Assembly (NCBI GenBank): GCA_013265495.1
Contig: MU058009.1
Span: 1,304,001-1,368,000, forward strand
DNA: 64,000 nucleotides
Origin: Vicugna vicugna
Taxonomy: Eukaryota
Direction: 5' to 3'
Shown here: piece by piece, positions 49,031-62,793 of the stretch
How the letters are laid out: each line of letters begins with the position of its first letter
Numbering within the stretch: the first letter of the stretch is position 1
Translations under genes and position numbers: made by a program
Notes under the pieces: generated by a model
The model's input: the letters and a program-made list of their open reading frames with translations, nothing else
Database searches by the model: none
Told to the model about the DNA's origin: nothing

Positions 49031-49597
49031 GGATGTGTCTTACTTTTATTTTATTTATTCAATTGAAAGTGACAATAAGATGTCAACTTTTAGCATTTTT
49101 ACGTCTTTCTGGTTAAGTACCGAATGCCCTCATAAACAATCCTGCAAGAATCCTTTTGTACATTGATCATACAAATTTTCCCAACACAGCACACAACAGC
49201 ATAACTTAAAAATAAACTATTGTCCTATAAAATCCAATAGATTTTATTGTTTTCTTTCAGGACAGCAAATGGTAGATACTTGAAGAATATAACTTTTACT
49301 TCACAGACAAAATAATGTACATTATAAACATACTTGTCCAGGACTGGTGTGATGTCAAACAATGTGCCCACTTATCAGGTGGGAATGCCCAGAAACAGAC
49401 ACGGGATGGAGGCCAACTTGATAAATGGATTGAATAATTTGAACCTTTGGTTGCACATCAACAGAAATGCATTTAAATTAAACCAAAAGAGGTGACAAGA
49501 AAGAGTGTCCCACAATCCAGGGGCATGACGCCACCGAGTTTTGGGAAGTATTGGCTTAAATGCTGTCAGAAGTGTTTCTTTTACTCTATTTCCTCCA

Positions 49598-49705
49598 TTC
49601 CCTGTTGTCCCTCCCCCTCCCCATCTTCCCCTCCCCATCTTCCCCTCCTCCTTCCCTCTCCCCTCTCCATCACCCTCTCCTGATCTCTGTCTCTGTCTCT
49701 GTCTG
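49598..49705. repeat. CT-rich low-complexity tract
   Basis: Directly visible. Confidence 0.85.
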
Positions 49706-49906
49706 AATCGCTCTGTCCCACTCTCTTCCCCACCCTGCACTCCTCTGCTGGTTTGCTCCGATTCATCAAACCTAAGTATTGAAAACAGGACCTTTCCCAA
49801 ATGTGCAGCTCCCAGATCCATCTTCTGGAACAACAAAAATCACAGCAGCAGCAGCAGCAACGAAATCGCTCCAGTTCTTCATTTAAATCATGGAGATAAA
49901 AGATAC

Positions 49907-50493
49907 TGATACAGGAAAAATGGGGCGTGAGATAATGGTCGAATCCTAGGTCTCGGTCGAGCCCCTGGGACACGCCCCACCAAGTGAAGGTCTTTGGCTT
50001 CTCGCAGGAAGGAATTCAGGAGCGAGCCGCAGTGGAGCGAAGGTAGATTTATTCAGAGAAATGCACACTCCGTGGGCAGAGCGCAGACTGTCTCCAAAGG
50101 TGAGCAAGAGTGACAGAGGGGCCTAGGAGACACACGTCCCGTAGACGGAACGTGGGCCGTCTCGCTCAGAAGGGGGAGCGGCCACGAGGTGTGCAGTGGC
50201 TGGTTTTCGTGGGCTCAGTAACTTCATATGCTAACAAGTGGGAGGACTAGTCCAGCTTCTTTGGGGCAGGGACGGGGCTTCCCAGGAACCGGGCCATCAC
50301 TCGCTTTTTGACTTTTTATGGTCAGCCTGAGCACTGCCACGGCACCTGTGGGAGGGCCGTTTCCGATGCTCTATTACAGTGAGACTGTCATGAAGCTCAA
50401 GGTCTACTGGGGGTTGACTCTTCTGCCGTCTTGGTGCTAATTGCTGTGTCATTCTTTGAATGGGTGTGCCCTGCCCCCTGCCCTCTTGTCTCA
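49907..50493 (-). mobile_element. MER41-like ERV1 solo LTR
   Basis: Minus strand runs TGAGACA...TTTCCTGTATCA; MER41 motifs CCAAGACGGC, TTAGCATAT, AATAAA (50048-50053), CCTGAATTCCTTCCTGCG; 4-bp TSD atac/atat. Confidence 0.85.
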
Positions 50494-51139
50494 ATATCAC
50501 TTGGCTCGGCTTGGCCAGTGTCCTGAAATGAGCAACAGTGGCCCCAGGAACATGGTCACATTGCACACACGTGGCTTCCAGGGGCCCAGAACTTTGTCAC
50601 CTGTCAGAGGAATGGGGAGAGGGCCAGAACATTTCCTGATGGGGCCAGAAAAACATAAACATATGCATGAATACGCATTCCCAGTGTCCCTAGATAGAGC
50701 CTGGTGTTCTGGGAATGGAACCATGTTTAAGGAAATTACTAGTGACTGTGTGAAGGATCAAGTGGACAAGTGACCAGTGGTCTGGATGAGCACTAAGGAG
50801 GTCTGTCAGAGCAGCAGGAGCAGAAAGGAAGGGTGGCTGCGAGAGTTTGGAGCAAACCTGGCAAACTGTGCGACCAGTTTCACATATGAGGTCAGGAGAA
50901 AGAAAACGAGAGAGATTTCCTTCGGCATCCTTCACTGTTGTGATAGTAACAGTGAGACAGGCATCGTTACGGATATCTGTCCTTATTCTGTGACCTCCAC
51001 TCTGTTCTATATTAGAATATGATTCTTCTTGCCCTAAATTTGTCTTATGTTTTTCCCAACTTTATGTCTTGGCTAAATCAATTCCTTCCTTCTCAGTGGC
51101 CTTCACTGCAGAATTTAATATATGTTCAAGGGCTCATTC

Positions 51140-51555
51140 TGACATCGTTTCTGGTACCCTCAAACCCACTGAGCAAACTCCTGCCTCAGGACCTTTGCAC
51201 TTGCTTTTTGCTCTGTATTGAAATGTCCTTTCCTCAGATACCAGCATGGCTCTTAGCTTGCTTCCTTGGGACTCCTCGTCCTTTCTCTGATCGGTCAATC
51301 TTATCATTCCCATAACATTCTACTCCTTTACCTGGCTTTATTTTCTTCATTATTTAATATTTTACTATGTGGGAATAAATATAAACAAGTATAAATATAA
51401 GTGAATGCAATCAGGTTTACTGACTGTCTCTGTACCCGAGAATGTCAGATCCATGAGGGCAGGGATATGTCTTGTTCACTTCTATGCTTTTTACCTCTCA
51501 GGATACTGACAGGCCCATCGCAGACTCAATACATATTTGTAGAATAAATGTGGGA
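51140..51555 (+). mobile_element. L2 3' end
   Basis: 'cctgcctcaggacctttgcacttgct','gatccatgagggcagggatatgtcttgttcact','caatacatatttgtagaataaatg'. Confidence 0.85.
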
Positions 51556-51879
51556 AACAAATGGTGGCCAGGCTGTCTTAGTTTGGAAAAAAAAAACTTT
51601 TAGCTACGTATAAACCAGTAAAAGAGAAAAATTTAGCGGTGGGTAGCAATGGGTAGTAACTTTTCCCACTGTTACCTGTCTCATTTGGCTTTACCATTCC
51701 TGTGAATGGACAGACTCCTTTGCAGAATACCTTCCCCCCACCTCCTCTTTCTTACAGCATGAAATAATGCAGAATCCAACAGATCAGGTTTCAGATCAAT
51801 GTAATATCATAACATGTGTTATCTTCTCTGTGCCTCAGTTTATCTTTACCAGAAAATGGCCTCAAATCATTTAATATAC

Positions 51880-52308
51880 ATCATGGATTGAAATGAGTCT
51901 TTCAAAAAGATGTGGCGATCTTCACCCCCTGTATCGGCACATGTGCCCTTATTTGGAAAGAGAGTCTTTGCAGATAATCAAGTTGAGATGAAGTCATTAG
52001 GGCGAGCCTGGAACCATCGTGACTGTGTCTTTATAAAAAGAGGAGATTTGAACACAGAAGCAAACACACAAAGAGGGAGAATGATTTAAAGGCATGGAGA
52101 GAAGAAGGGCCTCTACCAGCCGATGAATGCTGCAACGATCGGAAGCCGGAGAGGGGCCTGGGGCAGGTTCTCCCTCACGGGCCCCGGAAAGGAAGCACCC
52201 GGCCAACACCTTCATTGCGGACTCCTGGCCTCTAGAGCAGTGAGGCAGCCGGTGTCTGGTAGCTAAGCCTGGTTTGTGGTGCTTTGTTACGGCAGCCCTA
52301 ACAAACAC
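51880..52308 (+). mobile_element. MLT1 (ERVL-MaLR) solo LTR
   Basis: 'ccttatttggaaagagagtctttgcagat','ccaacaccttcattgcggactcctggcctctagag','tttgtggtgctttgttacggcagcccta'. Confidence 0.9.
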
Positions 52309-53782
52309 ACAGCGTGACACACACACTCACACGCACACACACACAGAGGCCTTGTGCCCAACACATTTAGTGTTATCGGGGATGCCCACCTGCCCATTTT
52401 CCCTCCCTTCTCTTTCCTTCCAGAAGCCACCAGGAGCAGAAGGACCCGGCTCAGCTTCAGGGACACGGACTTAGGGCTTTTGAGACGCTCGCTCTGGTTT
52501 CCTCAAGGCTAAAAGAGCAGCAAGACACACGTTTTTGTGAATGAGGAGGCGCTGGCCAGGAAGTCTTTACAACAGCTGGTGGAGTCTCCCACTTGCTCAG
52601 GGCCAGATGCTGATGGTGTGCGCCTCTGCACATGGAGGAAAGTCTCACTGACACTAATGAGCCATTCATGGGCCCGCATCCCAGGCTCCTCCCACACAGG
52701 CCTGCTGTCAGATGGTCTGCATTAAGTGAAACGCAGCACCCTGTTTCCATAGGAACCGGAGGCCGGGGCTCCCAGAAGGCATCACGGTCTAACACAGAAC
52801 TGAGCTCTGGAAGAGCCGGGCACTGACCCATCCGACAGTGAGCCACCGTTACGGAGGGTGGACCACTGCCTGGCACCGTGCCCTACATTAGAAACAGAAC
52901 CCAAATGTACCCCAGAGGAAAAAACTCAGAGGTTGAGGTAGCAAGCACAACACATGCAGTGTAAAAAACGCTGTTACCCAGCAAATGTGCAGGGCTGTTG
53001 GAGTTCACGGGACGGGCATCTAATTAAACTTTGAGTCATGAAAAAACATTTTCTAAAGTGGGTGACCTCTGAGGCTTCAAGGGCAAGGTGGCCAGCCAGG
53101 CAGGAGGGCTGGGGGGAGGGCCAGGGGCTGCTGTTCCAGACAGGAGTGTGTGTCCTGTCTCGAGGGCGGTGGATGAAGTAAAGCCAACTTCAAAACTCAG
53201 CTGCACTGTGGACTAGGCTCTGTGATGTGAGGCTTTCATTAATCCCAGACCTCCTCTGGCCAGGATGTCTTAAAATGCTTGGAAGCCTCACCCATCCCTC
53301 GGAACAGCGAGCGCTGTGGGTTAAACTTCCAGCTCCGGAGAACGTGAACGCTCAGACTGTAACGAGAGCCCTGACTTGTAGCAGCCCCGTCTGTCATTCT
53401 CTTGCCCTAAGCGTCATGTCACACGTTCCTGCCTCCTTGCACCATCCTAAAAAATGTGTGTTAGCAAGGATTGATGTTCCCTATCTTTGAACTCACCCTA
53501 GTCTTCTTCGTATGTCATCAGGGGCAGGCAGAGCGCCCAGGTCCTGCTGCGAAAGTCATTCCAGTTGTCCGCGTGGTCCATTTTCCCAGCGTGGTCGCGC
53601 TGGGTCTGCACAGAAGACGGATGCCTGGGAACAGACGTGCAAGCAGTTACTGAAAAAACACTTGGCTGAGACGTTTCACTTGACATCCACAATTTCTGTT
53701 GTCCCTGCCCGTGTTTCAAAATGACAAACCCATCTCCACTGATAACTATGCAGAGTGCCTGTTATGTAATAGGTACTAAACG

Positions 53783-53890
53783 TATATAATTATATATAAA
53801 TATATATAATATATGGGATATATTATAATTCTATATGGAATATGACTACATATTCTATATATGTGTGTGTATGTATAGATATATAATAAA
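53783..53890. repeat. TA-rich simple repeat
   Basis: Directly visible. Confidence 0.85.
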
Positions 53891-54100
53891 AGCTGAATTG
53901 ACCTTCTTTTTCTTCAGATTATACTTTACCTACCAGAATGTCTTCTTTACACGTGATAGGGTCTTCATAAATATTTGTTGATTGGCTAGCTAACTGTCTG
54001 ACCAGTGGGCAAAAAGAAGCAATAGATTTTCCTATCACAAGGTCAAAAGTATACAAGAAAATATTGAAGCAAATTCAGCAGAACTTCCCTTCTAAACCAA

Positions 54101-54134
54101 AATAATAATAGTAATAATAGTAATAATAATAATA
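54101..54134. repeat. (TAA/TAG)n trinucleotide repeat
   Basis: Directly visible. Confidence 0.9.
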
Positions 54135-55309
54135 CGTAAGATTGAGGCCAAAGAAAGAAAAAACAATGTCTTCTAGGCTCTAATTATTTTTTCTTCTTAG
54201 ACTCATTTCTTTCTCTCTTTCTTTGGTTCCAAGCCTGTGGACCAGAACTCGTTTGTACAACTGACTGGGAATAATAGTAAAATACATCATGACCTATTGG
54301 GAAAATATGCGCAAATACCAAACTAGTATCTGCCCTTGGTGACATAATGGGTGCTAAGTGGGGCTTTTACTTCCAATTTGGAAAGCAGTGAGGAGAAGCG
54401 AGTGGCGGGGTCTGAGGCTCGGGACAACGTGCTGGTTCTGCACAGGGGTAACCAGAGCAGGGCCTCGTAACCCATACTTGGATGGACACCAGATGTCTCT
54501 CAGAAACATTTTAAAGTTAGTTTCCTACAATCCTCTCGCACACGCGTGCACACACGCTTATTACACTTTGTTATGGAGAGTGTCAGGGAGTCGCACACTG
54601 TGAAAGGATTTTCCCATCTCGCAGGAAGAAGAGATCACGATAAAGAACGTTACCAGGAGGTCCATCCACAGACGCTTCTGAGAAAAGGCAAGCTGTGGTT
54701 TTCTCACTAGCACAGAGCAGGTGAGGACACAGCCTCTGAGCCACACTCCCTCCCACCGCACCCGCCACCGTCACACAAGGGCCAGGGCAGTGCTTAGATG
54801 GCTCCCAGCTGAGACGGCTCCAGGCACCGCAAGGAACCAGCATCCAGACGATAGGGTCGCAGGGGGAGTCCAGGCCATCCAGCGATGGACATGCACTAGG
54901 AAAACCCGCCTGAAGCTTTGCCTACCCCAACCCCACTCGTCCACGGCAGCTGGGACAAACTGAAACCCCTACATCCTGGTTTGGTCCCTCCTAGGACTGT
55001 CTCCCATCTTGTCCCAAAACAAGGACTTAGAAAGGACTCTAAGCGTTGCTTCTTGGCTCTGAGTCAGTGTCACATGAATCATCAGAACCTCCGGCAGGCG
55101 GGCTCCTGGCCCTGGCCCTCACTCCCCCGAATCCACTCCAGGCAACTGACGCTCCCTCTCCCAGATCCCAGTGACCAATTTTCAGTTCAGATGTGATCAC
55201 TGATTGCATCATGTTGAAGAATCAGTTTTCAGTGATCTCTGGGGTATAATCTGCATATTTCAGTCTGAAACTTTGAAAATAATTTTGAAAGAGCTTTTCT
55301 TAAAGGTCA

Positions 55310-55710
55310 CCTTTACTGGCACACCCCTGGGCTCCCGTGGCAGAGAATTCTACTTCATTTTTCTCCCTCGCCTCTTCGGTGGGGCACCATGACTGAGTTC
55401 TGGCCAAGGGAATGAGGGTGAAAGCTGTACACACCAGTTTCTGGACCAGCCTCCAGAATGTTCCACCCGATTTTCTCCTCTTTTTGCTCTTCAGCCAGGA
55501 AGTTGGAATGGATCTTGGAGAGAATTTCCAAAGCTCTGGAGTCTGAACAGCCACCAGCTGGGGGATATCCTGGGTCCCCAAATGATGACGTATGGGGCCA
55601 GGGACAGAACAGCCCCCTGCACCACCATTGACCCACACTGTGCACTGAGGACTAGAGGCAGACTTTGCTCCACTGAGCATCTGAATGGTCAGTATGGCTA
55701 CTTACAGCAG
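55310..55710 (+). mobile_element. old ERVL LTR (LTR16/LTR33-like)
   Basis: 'ccatgactgagttctggccaagggaatg','cctgggtccccaaatgatgac','ttacagcagc'. Confidence 0.6.
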
Positions 55711-56919
55711 CGGGTCTGCTGAAAAACCCCTGCCCCTTTGCAGAACATGCCCCCGACCCCGGCTCTGATACCCTGAACAGATCTCACCATCTTCCCGGTC
55801 CCTAAGGCTATTTCTGGCCGTATGGTCCTGACCCTCCCCAGCCTGCCTCAGCTATTGCCAAGCCCCAGTTTTAACATGAGCTAATTATCTGCAGTGTCTC
55901 TGTAAACAGCCTGGGCTCAAGGGAGGGCTGTGAGAAAATGGGAAACCCTCCATCCATCGCAATCCTTTCCCTGCCGTCACACCCTTTGTTTAAACACCCA
56001 CACTGTCTGGGTCTGAAAGTGCTTACTCTCTCTTTCCAAGAGCCTGATCATTTGTTATTTTTTAAAATATTTCTTATTAATTTTATCATTTAGAAAAGTC
56101 TGAGTTAATTCATGTAGTTAACAATGAATAAGAATTAATTATCTGCTGTGTTCAAATACTACATTTTTAATTTACTTTTTAAAATTATACACTTAAAAGT
56201 AGATACACACACAGCATGACTCCATGAACTTGTGAGAGGTAGATGGTGAATTTGCACAGAAAAATATATTCATTTATATATTTATTAGGAAATACATTTA
56301 TTTCTTTAAAAAATGTAATTCAAAATCAAAATATTTCTGTAATTTTTTTATCTTACATCCCTGTAGGTATGGGATTTTCTTTAAATCTGTTTCTCCATTT
56401 GCATAGCTATTAAAAAGTTTTAAAAAAAGTAATATAGATACTTGGTCTTTGGTACAGACACTTGGGACTATCGTTTCGACCAAATCCTTAAATCAATATC
56501 TCTAAGGACAAACAATATAATTTAAAAGCTCTGGGTAATTTTTCTGTGTATTTAGGACTGAGAATCATTGTTTTCCTAAGCATCTCCAATTACTACACCA
56601 ATTGCCATAAAAATCTCAAATACGATCCTATTATGTTAATTAAAACTTATTTCAAAATGACTAAATGTATTCAAGTCAAGTGTACTCATATGTGTATTGG
56701 ATCAACTGTCACAAAAATTTCACAGAGTCTCAACCAGAAATTAAAAAAAGGACATAATGATGAGAGACTCCACATAAGTTGTGAAAACTAATGTGATATT
56801 GAGTATAAAGTAAGTATCAAAACATTCCAAGAAATGTCTGTTGCTGTGATGTGGAATCATTACCAGCTATGAAGTATTGATTGCCTTTATTTTGACCCCT
56901 GCTTTCCTACAGAGAGCAT

Positions 56920-57600
56920 ATTTTTTTAAAACAGCAGCCAGAGTGACCGTTTAAAAATATAAATAAAACAATGCCATTCTGCTCAACACTGTCCAATAGC
57001 TTTGCATCTCACTCAGAATAAAAATCAGAGTTCCTCCAAAGACACAAGGGGCAAGAGAATCTTCCTGGACCACCTTTTGGCAGCATTGTCCACCACTCCT
57101 TCCCTCCACACTTGGCCCTGTTGCACTAGCTTGCTTGTGTTTCCTTAAACACTCTAGACATGCTGACCTCAGAGCCTTTGCACCTGATCGCCTAGCGTGC
57201 TCATCCCACAGAACCCACCTGGCTCGCCCTCTTCCTTTCTTCAAGTCTCGGTCTAAATGTCACCTCCAGAGGACATCCCTCACTGTCTAAACTCCCAGCA
57301 CTATTAACCTCCATCCCTGCTTCATGGCTCTCCTCAGCACATAAAATAGTCTGATAAACCATAAAAGTGTTTATTCATTTCTTAATTTATAATTTTATCC
57401 TCACTTGCTGCTCTATTTTTTTCTACAGTACTTGTAACTCTCTGATAAACTGTGCATCTCATGTATTTGTTTCAGTAGGAATGTGAGTTCTGTTGAGAAC
57501 AAGAACTTCACCTGTTCTGTGTACACCTGTGTCCCCAGGACCCAAAGATCACCAGGCACATACTATGTCCTGATTAAACACTGAATTAATGAATTAGCTG
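56920..57600 (+). mobile_element. L2 3' portion
   Basis: 'acagcagccagagtgaccgtttaaaa','ctcagagcctttgcacctg','ccaggcacatact...tgaattaatgaat'. Confidence 0.85.
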
Positions 57601-57759
57601 TCTGTCAGAGAAGTAAATGCAATTCTCTCCAGGAAGAACCGAGCTGGTCCAATGGCTATTAGATATTTGTTTGATGCTTTGAGGTGTAATCTTATTTCCA
57701 GGTGTGATAGAGTGAAACCATCATGGAGCTCATGCCCGTTCCTAATCACAAACTGTGGC

Positions 57760-57925
57760 TGCAGTGGTTAGAACCTGTGAGATTGGGCAAGTTAATCAAT
57801 TCTCTAATCCTATTTTCCTCATCTTGAAATGGTGATAAAATCTCTCTTATACGAAGACTGAATGAGGTAGGTTGAATTTCCAGAATCCCTAATCTGTGAG
57901 CAAGTGCTCAAAGAATCTGAGTTTT
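57760..57925 (+). mobile_element. MIR fragment
   Basis: 'ttgggcaagttaatcaattctct...ttcctcatcttgaaatggtgata'. Confidence 0.65.
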
Positions 57926-58917
57926 GTGACTGCTGTTGCTCCTCCAGTACAGTAGGGGTCGTAGTTCTGTCTCAGGGAAGATGTGAATTATGCTTTGGCA
58001 TCTGAAAGTTAATCTGTTTTGTGGAGTCTACCTTGTTCCATCTCTGTGTATCCTTGCTAGTGAAGCCTGACTTGACAAATATTTAGAAGTTTCTAGCAAT
58101 ATAAGGAGAAGTGGTCCAGATCATGCTTTAGGATGGTTCCTTTTTACCCCAAAGGCCTGTGTTTCTTTCATTCACACACTAGTTTCATTCGCAACACAAA
58201 GTCTGATCAGAATTTTGGTGGATATTTCAGTTGATAGATGCATTTGAAACTGAAAAAGAAACGTAAACATAAAAGGCAAATTTCCTTTTACTATATCGCT
58301 GCTTCCCAAGACTTTAGGATTCTTGATTTATGAATTGAGCTTAAAAACCTCCAGTAATCCACAACTTAATAACTCTTTTGTGTTCTCTCGGTTGTGGGAT
58401 GGAGAAAGAGCGTTAAATGACCACCATCTTCCAGTACTTGAAGGCTATAAAAACCCAGGGTATAAAAATGAGGCACAGTGAAATAGTGTAAATAATGGGA
58501 TGGCATTTAGAAAAAAAGGAACTTGAGGAATAATAACTGGAAAAACCTCCTCATGTTCAAGGTCAGCTGGATGGTGAAACGGTCTCTGAGGGAAATGGTG
58601 GGAACCTTCAAGTTTGGAATATTTTGAAATCTGACTGGACCGAGCCCTAGAGGCCAATACTATGGGATTCCCCCCCCCTTTTTTTTTTTGAATGAGAAAG
58701 CAACAAGATGACTTCTTGGGCCTTTTCCACCCTAACACCAATCACCAATTTGCTGAATCAGAACTTGAGACTGTGTCTCTTATTTAGGTAATGTATTCAT
58801 TTTGGAAGCAAGTGACAGTAGTCCCCGGGGCGGTTCAGGCAGCCACATGTGGTCATTATTTCAGGAAGCTTCCTCCGTACGTGATTGCAGTCAACAGACA
58901 GTGGTATTGGTGCTTTG

Positions 58918-59102
58918 TCTTCCTTCTTTCCATCCATACCTCTGTCCTTCCTTCTTTGTTTTCTTTCTTCCTTCCTCTCTCCCTCCCTCCTTCTGCCCTT
59001 CCTTCCTTCCTTTCATCTTTCTCTTTCCTTCCTTCCTCCCTTCTTTTCCTTCCTCTCTTCTTTTCTCCCCTTCCATTCTTCCTTTCTTCTCCATCTTTTT
59101 TT
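58918..59102. repeat. (TCCT/TTC)n pyrimidine-rich tract
   Basis: Directly visible. Confidence 0.9.
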
Positions 59103-60204
59103 ATTCATCAGAAGCGCCTGGCATCTTGAACAAACATCTTTTCCCTCTTCCATCAAGAATGAGTTAGATCTCAGACAGAGCCTCAAGTATAAGTAACTAC
59201 ATTCAGGAGTGCTTGGGAATGGTCCTGTGTGGTAACAGAATGCACAAGAGAGTGAGGAGATACTGTCAAACAGCTAATGGAAATAATAGACATAAATCCA
59301 ATGAATTGATGACAGTCTCTGTGGTTAGAGAAATCATTTTAAAATATCAGTTTTTTTAAATAAAAAAAAATACTTGAATTCAATGGAGGTAAGCTCAGTG
59401 TATCTTTTATATAAACAAATTGTCTTCCTTAGTCCAGAATTATCCCTATCTCAACATATTTCAAATTTATTATATAATTTCTTAACTTTCCACTTGGCTT
59501 TGCTGTGTAACACTTCACAAAGTCCTGCCTTCCTGCTTCTATTACACTGCTTGGCCCTGAAATACATTTGGGGACAACTGAACCACAACGGTTCCTCCAG
59601 GAAAGAAGCAAGCAAGGCGAGCCTGATCGTATGTAACAGTTACACCGGAAACAGCTGAGGGAAGTGAGAGCTTGGTGTAACCCAGACCGGCCACGGGGAA
59701 GGTATACCCAGGCATCAGTCATCACTCTCAGAGACTGACAGTATTTAAGTTTGTTCTGACAGAGAGAGAAAGGGAGGAGGGGGAACAGGTTGGGGAGTGG
59801 GAGGAGGGAGGGTAGGGAGAGAGAGAAGAGAACGGGCAAGCTCCTGCCCTCGCTGTTAGAGAAGCGTACAATACACACTGGGCTTCTTCTGAATTTAGAT
59901 GAATCATCCCTGTGTCCTCAGCAGGAATGCTGTTCTGGGAAGTTTGCGCTTCTGTTTACACGCCTGCCCTGGCTCTCACAGTGTGGAAGTAGGTGAATGT
60001 TAAGTGGCTGGTTTAACATTTACCTTGGAAAGCACTTTATCAACAGAATTTGTATGTGCAGCCACCCAAAAATGTACCTTACATATTTCCCTGAATTTTT
60101 TTTTAATCTCTGGTACCCTTTAGACAGACAGACAGACAGATGGATAGATGGGTTGATTTTGCCCTTTCCAAATTTTTAACTTCTTTTACTAACTTAGGAG
60201 CTTT

Positions 60205-60380
60205 TAAAATAGATAAACAACAAGGTCCTACTGTCAAGCACAGGGAACTATATTCAACACCTTTTAATAGCCTATAATTAAAAAGAATATGAAAAAGAAT
60301 ATATATATGTATAAATGAATCACTATGCTGTACACCAGAAACTAACACAACATTGTAAATTGACTCTACATTAATTAAAA
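60205..60380 (+). mobile_element. cetartiodactyl L1 3' end fragment
   Basis: 'ataaacaacaaggtcctactg...tgctgtacaccagaaactaacacaacattgtaaat'. Confidence 0.9.
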
Positions 60381-62209
60381 GCAAAAGTTAGGGCTTACAC
60401 ACACACTATTGGATATAATTCCTTTGTCATTGCATATGGCTCTGCAAGAAATTGACACAGAAAAATTGTTCTTACGGTCTGAACCTAAAATCGCAGGGGG
60501 AAAAAATGGTAGAGAACTTTTCACAGAAGACAGATAATTTGAGTAACAATAATATATTTTTCCCATTTTACATTTTATTGGAACTAGAGTAGACCAGTTG
60601 GAAGAGAAGACTATGTGTAGCTTTTTACATTTGAGATTTGGAAAATATTTAATTAGATCTCAAATTTTTCTTCTTTATAGAAATCTCTACTGTCTTCATT
60701 TTTATTACTTTTGGGAAAAAGAGAAAAGAAATCCAGCAATCTAAGCTGCGTTTTCTCCAGCTGTTATAAAGAGACACCCATTGTGAAATCCATCCTCTGG
60801 CATCTGTAAGACTTGTCTTTGGCTGGAGGAAGAATGGTTATAGTAACTGGGTGACAGGGGGTGAGGTATATCTTAGCATCCTGCACCTTTTATTAATTAC
60901 CACGTGGTAAATAGTCCATCTCTGCCCTCTATTTATAGTATAATTGAATGTACTTCATGACACTGGCTGCACATCTGGTCAAACTGCAAAACACATTTCA
61001 ACCACCTTTCCTTTTTGAACCCTAATGTATTGCAGATTCCAGAAAGATTCTGCGGATAATAGAAACAAAAAGCAGTTAAAAAAAAAAAAAAAACTTCACG
61101 AAGGATGTGTCCACAGATTTCCAAAGCGAGTGTCAATCCATGGGAAAGTGACGGATTCAGAGACCTCGAACTGGATAACACAATAAACGACTTGAACAGG
61201 AATGTAAATAAGAAATGCAATGTTAGGGCCTTTGGGATCTTGGTGATCAGTGCCAATTAGATGGTGTTGGCAATGGTTTCTAATTCTTTGCACAACCATA
61301 CGTTCACACAGATCCGTATACAGACTCCTGAGTTCCCCCATGTGGACTCCCAATTTGTAGAAGACTGTTTTCTATTAGTCTGGGAAGGAATTTGTTCCAC
61401 ATTTTTTTGAGATCTGAATTTCTAGGAAGAAAGTGAAAAAAAGGAATCTATCTGAATACTGGACTTAAAATACGTAAGAACTAAATAAAAAGCTCTGCAG
61501 TCCAGAGAACTAACTAATCATAAATTACATCACCCAGTGATTGTAAGAAATGCAATAAAATGTATTAATGCCCATTTTTCCCAGGATATGAGTTTCGGGA
61601 CAGCATTTACCAAATGGGGCAATAATAGCTAATAGAAATAGTGCAATTCTTACCTTTCTTCTGGATATTTAGTTAGCTATTGTGTTTGTATTTCCTAGCC
61701 AGTGCTAAGGGTCCCAAGAAGCATTTGAGAAATCTTACAGCTTAGCGAACCTTGTATCCCCAAATTCTCCCTGGTTCTCCCGACTCCCTGACTTCCCCAG
61801 TCAAGAATTCTCAAACATTCATGCGACCTGTTAAATACCCAGCAAGCAGCACCCAAAGACTGAGTCCAGGTCTAGAGTGGGCCCTGGATTCGGCATTTTT
61901 AACAAACACCCTACAGGTACCTCAGATGCGATGACCTGTAACGCTCACTTTTACAAACACCGTTGCAAGAGTGGGTCTCTCTTTCAGCCTTTCTCTTCTC
62001 TCAGCTTATGAACGTCTTGGAGGGCAGGGACCTCAGGAGGTTCCGTGTTTATTCTTGATTACTGAGCAGGAAGTCACTGCTGCCGGACTCACCCCGACAC
62101 CCTCACATTAGGGGGCTCAAAGAAGGAGCGATCCTCCAGTGAAGTTCAACCTGCACCTGATCGGTTACTCCGTCCCAGGGACAGCTTGGGTGGTCAGCAG
62201 CGTCCGCTC

Positions 62210-62548
62210 TTCTTTTTGCAGGTCGTTACAAGATACTGAATATTGTTCACTGTGTTATACAATGAAGCCTTGTTGCTTATCTATTTGATGGATGGTGGCT
62301 TGTGTTTGTCAATCCCCTCCCCCAACCTTTTCCCCTTTGGTAACCAGAAGTTTGTTTTCTATGTCTGTGAGTCTGTTTCTGTTTTGTATATAGTTTCATT
62401 TGTATTATTTTTTAGATTCCACATGTAAGCGATAGCATATAATATTTGTCTTTCTCTGTCTGCCTTACTTCACTTAGTGTGATAATCTTTAGGTCCATCC
62501 AGGTTGCTGTAAATGGCAAAATTTCATTCTTTTTTATGGATATTCCAT

Positions 62549-62602
<54 letters not shown>

Positions 62603-62793
62603 TATATACACCACATCTTCTATATCCAGTCATCTGTGGATGGACACGTGGGTTGCCTCCATGTCTTGGCTATTGTAAATAGTGCTGCTGTGAACATGAG
62701 TGCGTAAGTATCTTTTCGAATCAGAGTTTTGATCTTTTCTCGATATCTCCCTAGGAGTGGGGCTGCCGGATCATATGGTAGCTCTATTTTTAG
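62210..62793 (-). mobile_element. L1 ORF2 C-terminus + 3' UTR
   Basis: ORF 62412..62633(-) encodes ILPFTATWMDLKIITLSEVRQTEKDKYYMLSLTCGI, the L1 ORF2 C-terminus; contains a (TG)(TA) expansion. Confidence 0.92.

Noticed and set aside
57862..57880. let-7-like 'tgaggtaggttg'
   Set aside because: Short partial match inside a MIR; no precursor hairpin evident.
58791..59196. Ser/Phe/Leu/Pro-rich ORFs (also 49375-49973)
   Set aside because: Translation of CT-rich simple repeats.
59429..59878. 149-aa - strand ORF with a strong acceptor near 59757
   Set aside because: No convincing donor and no recognisable homology; cannot support as CDS.
62412..62633. Protein-like ORF
   Set aside because: L1 ORF2 C-terminal remnant.
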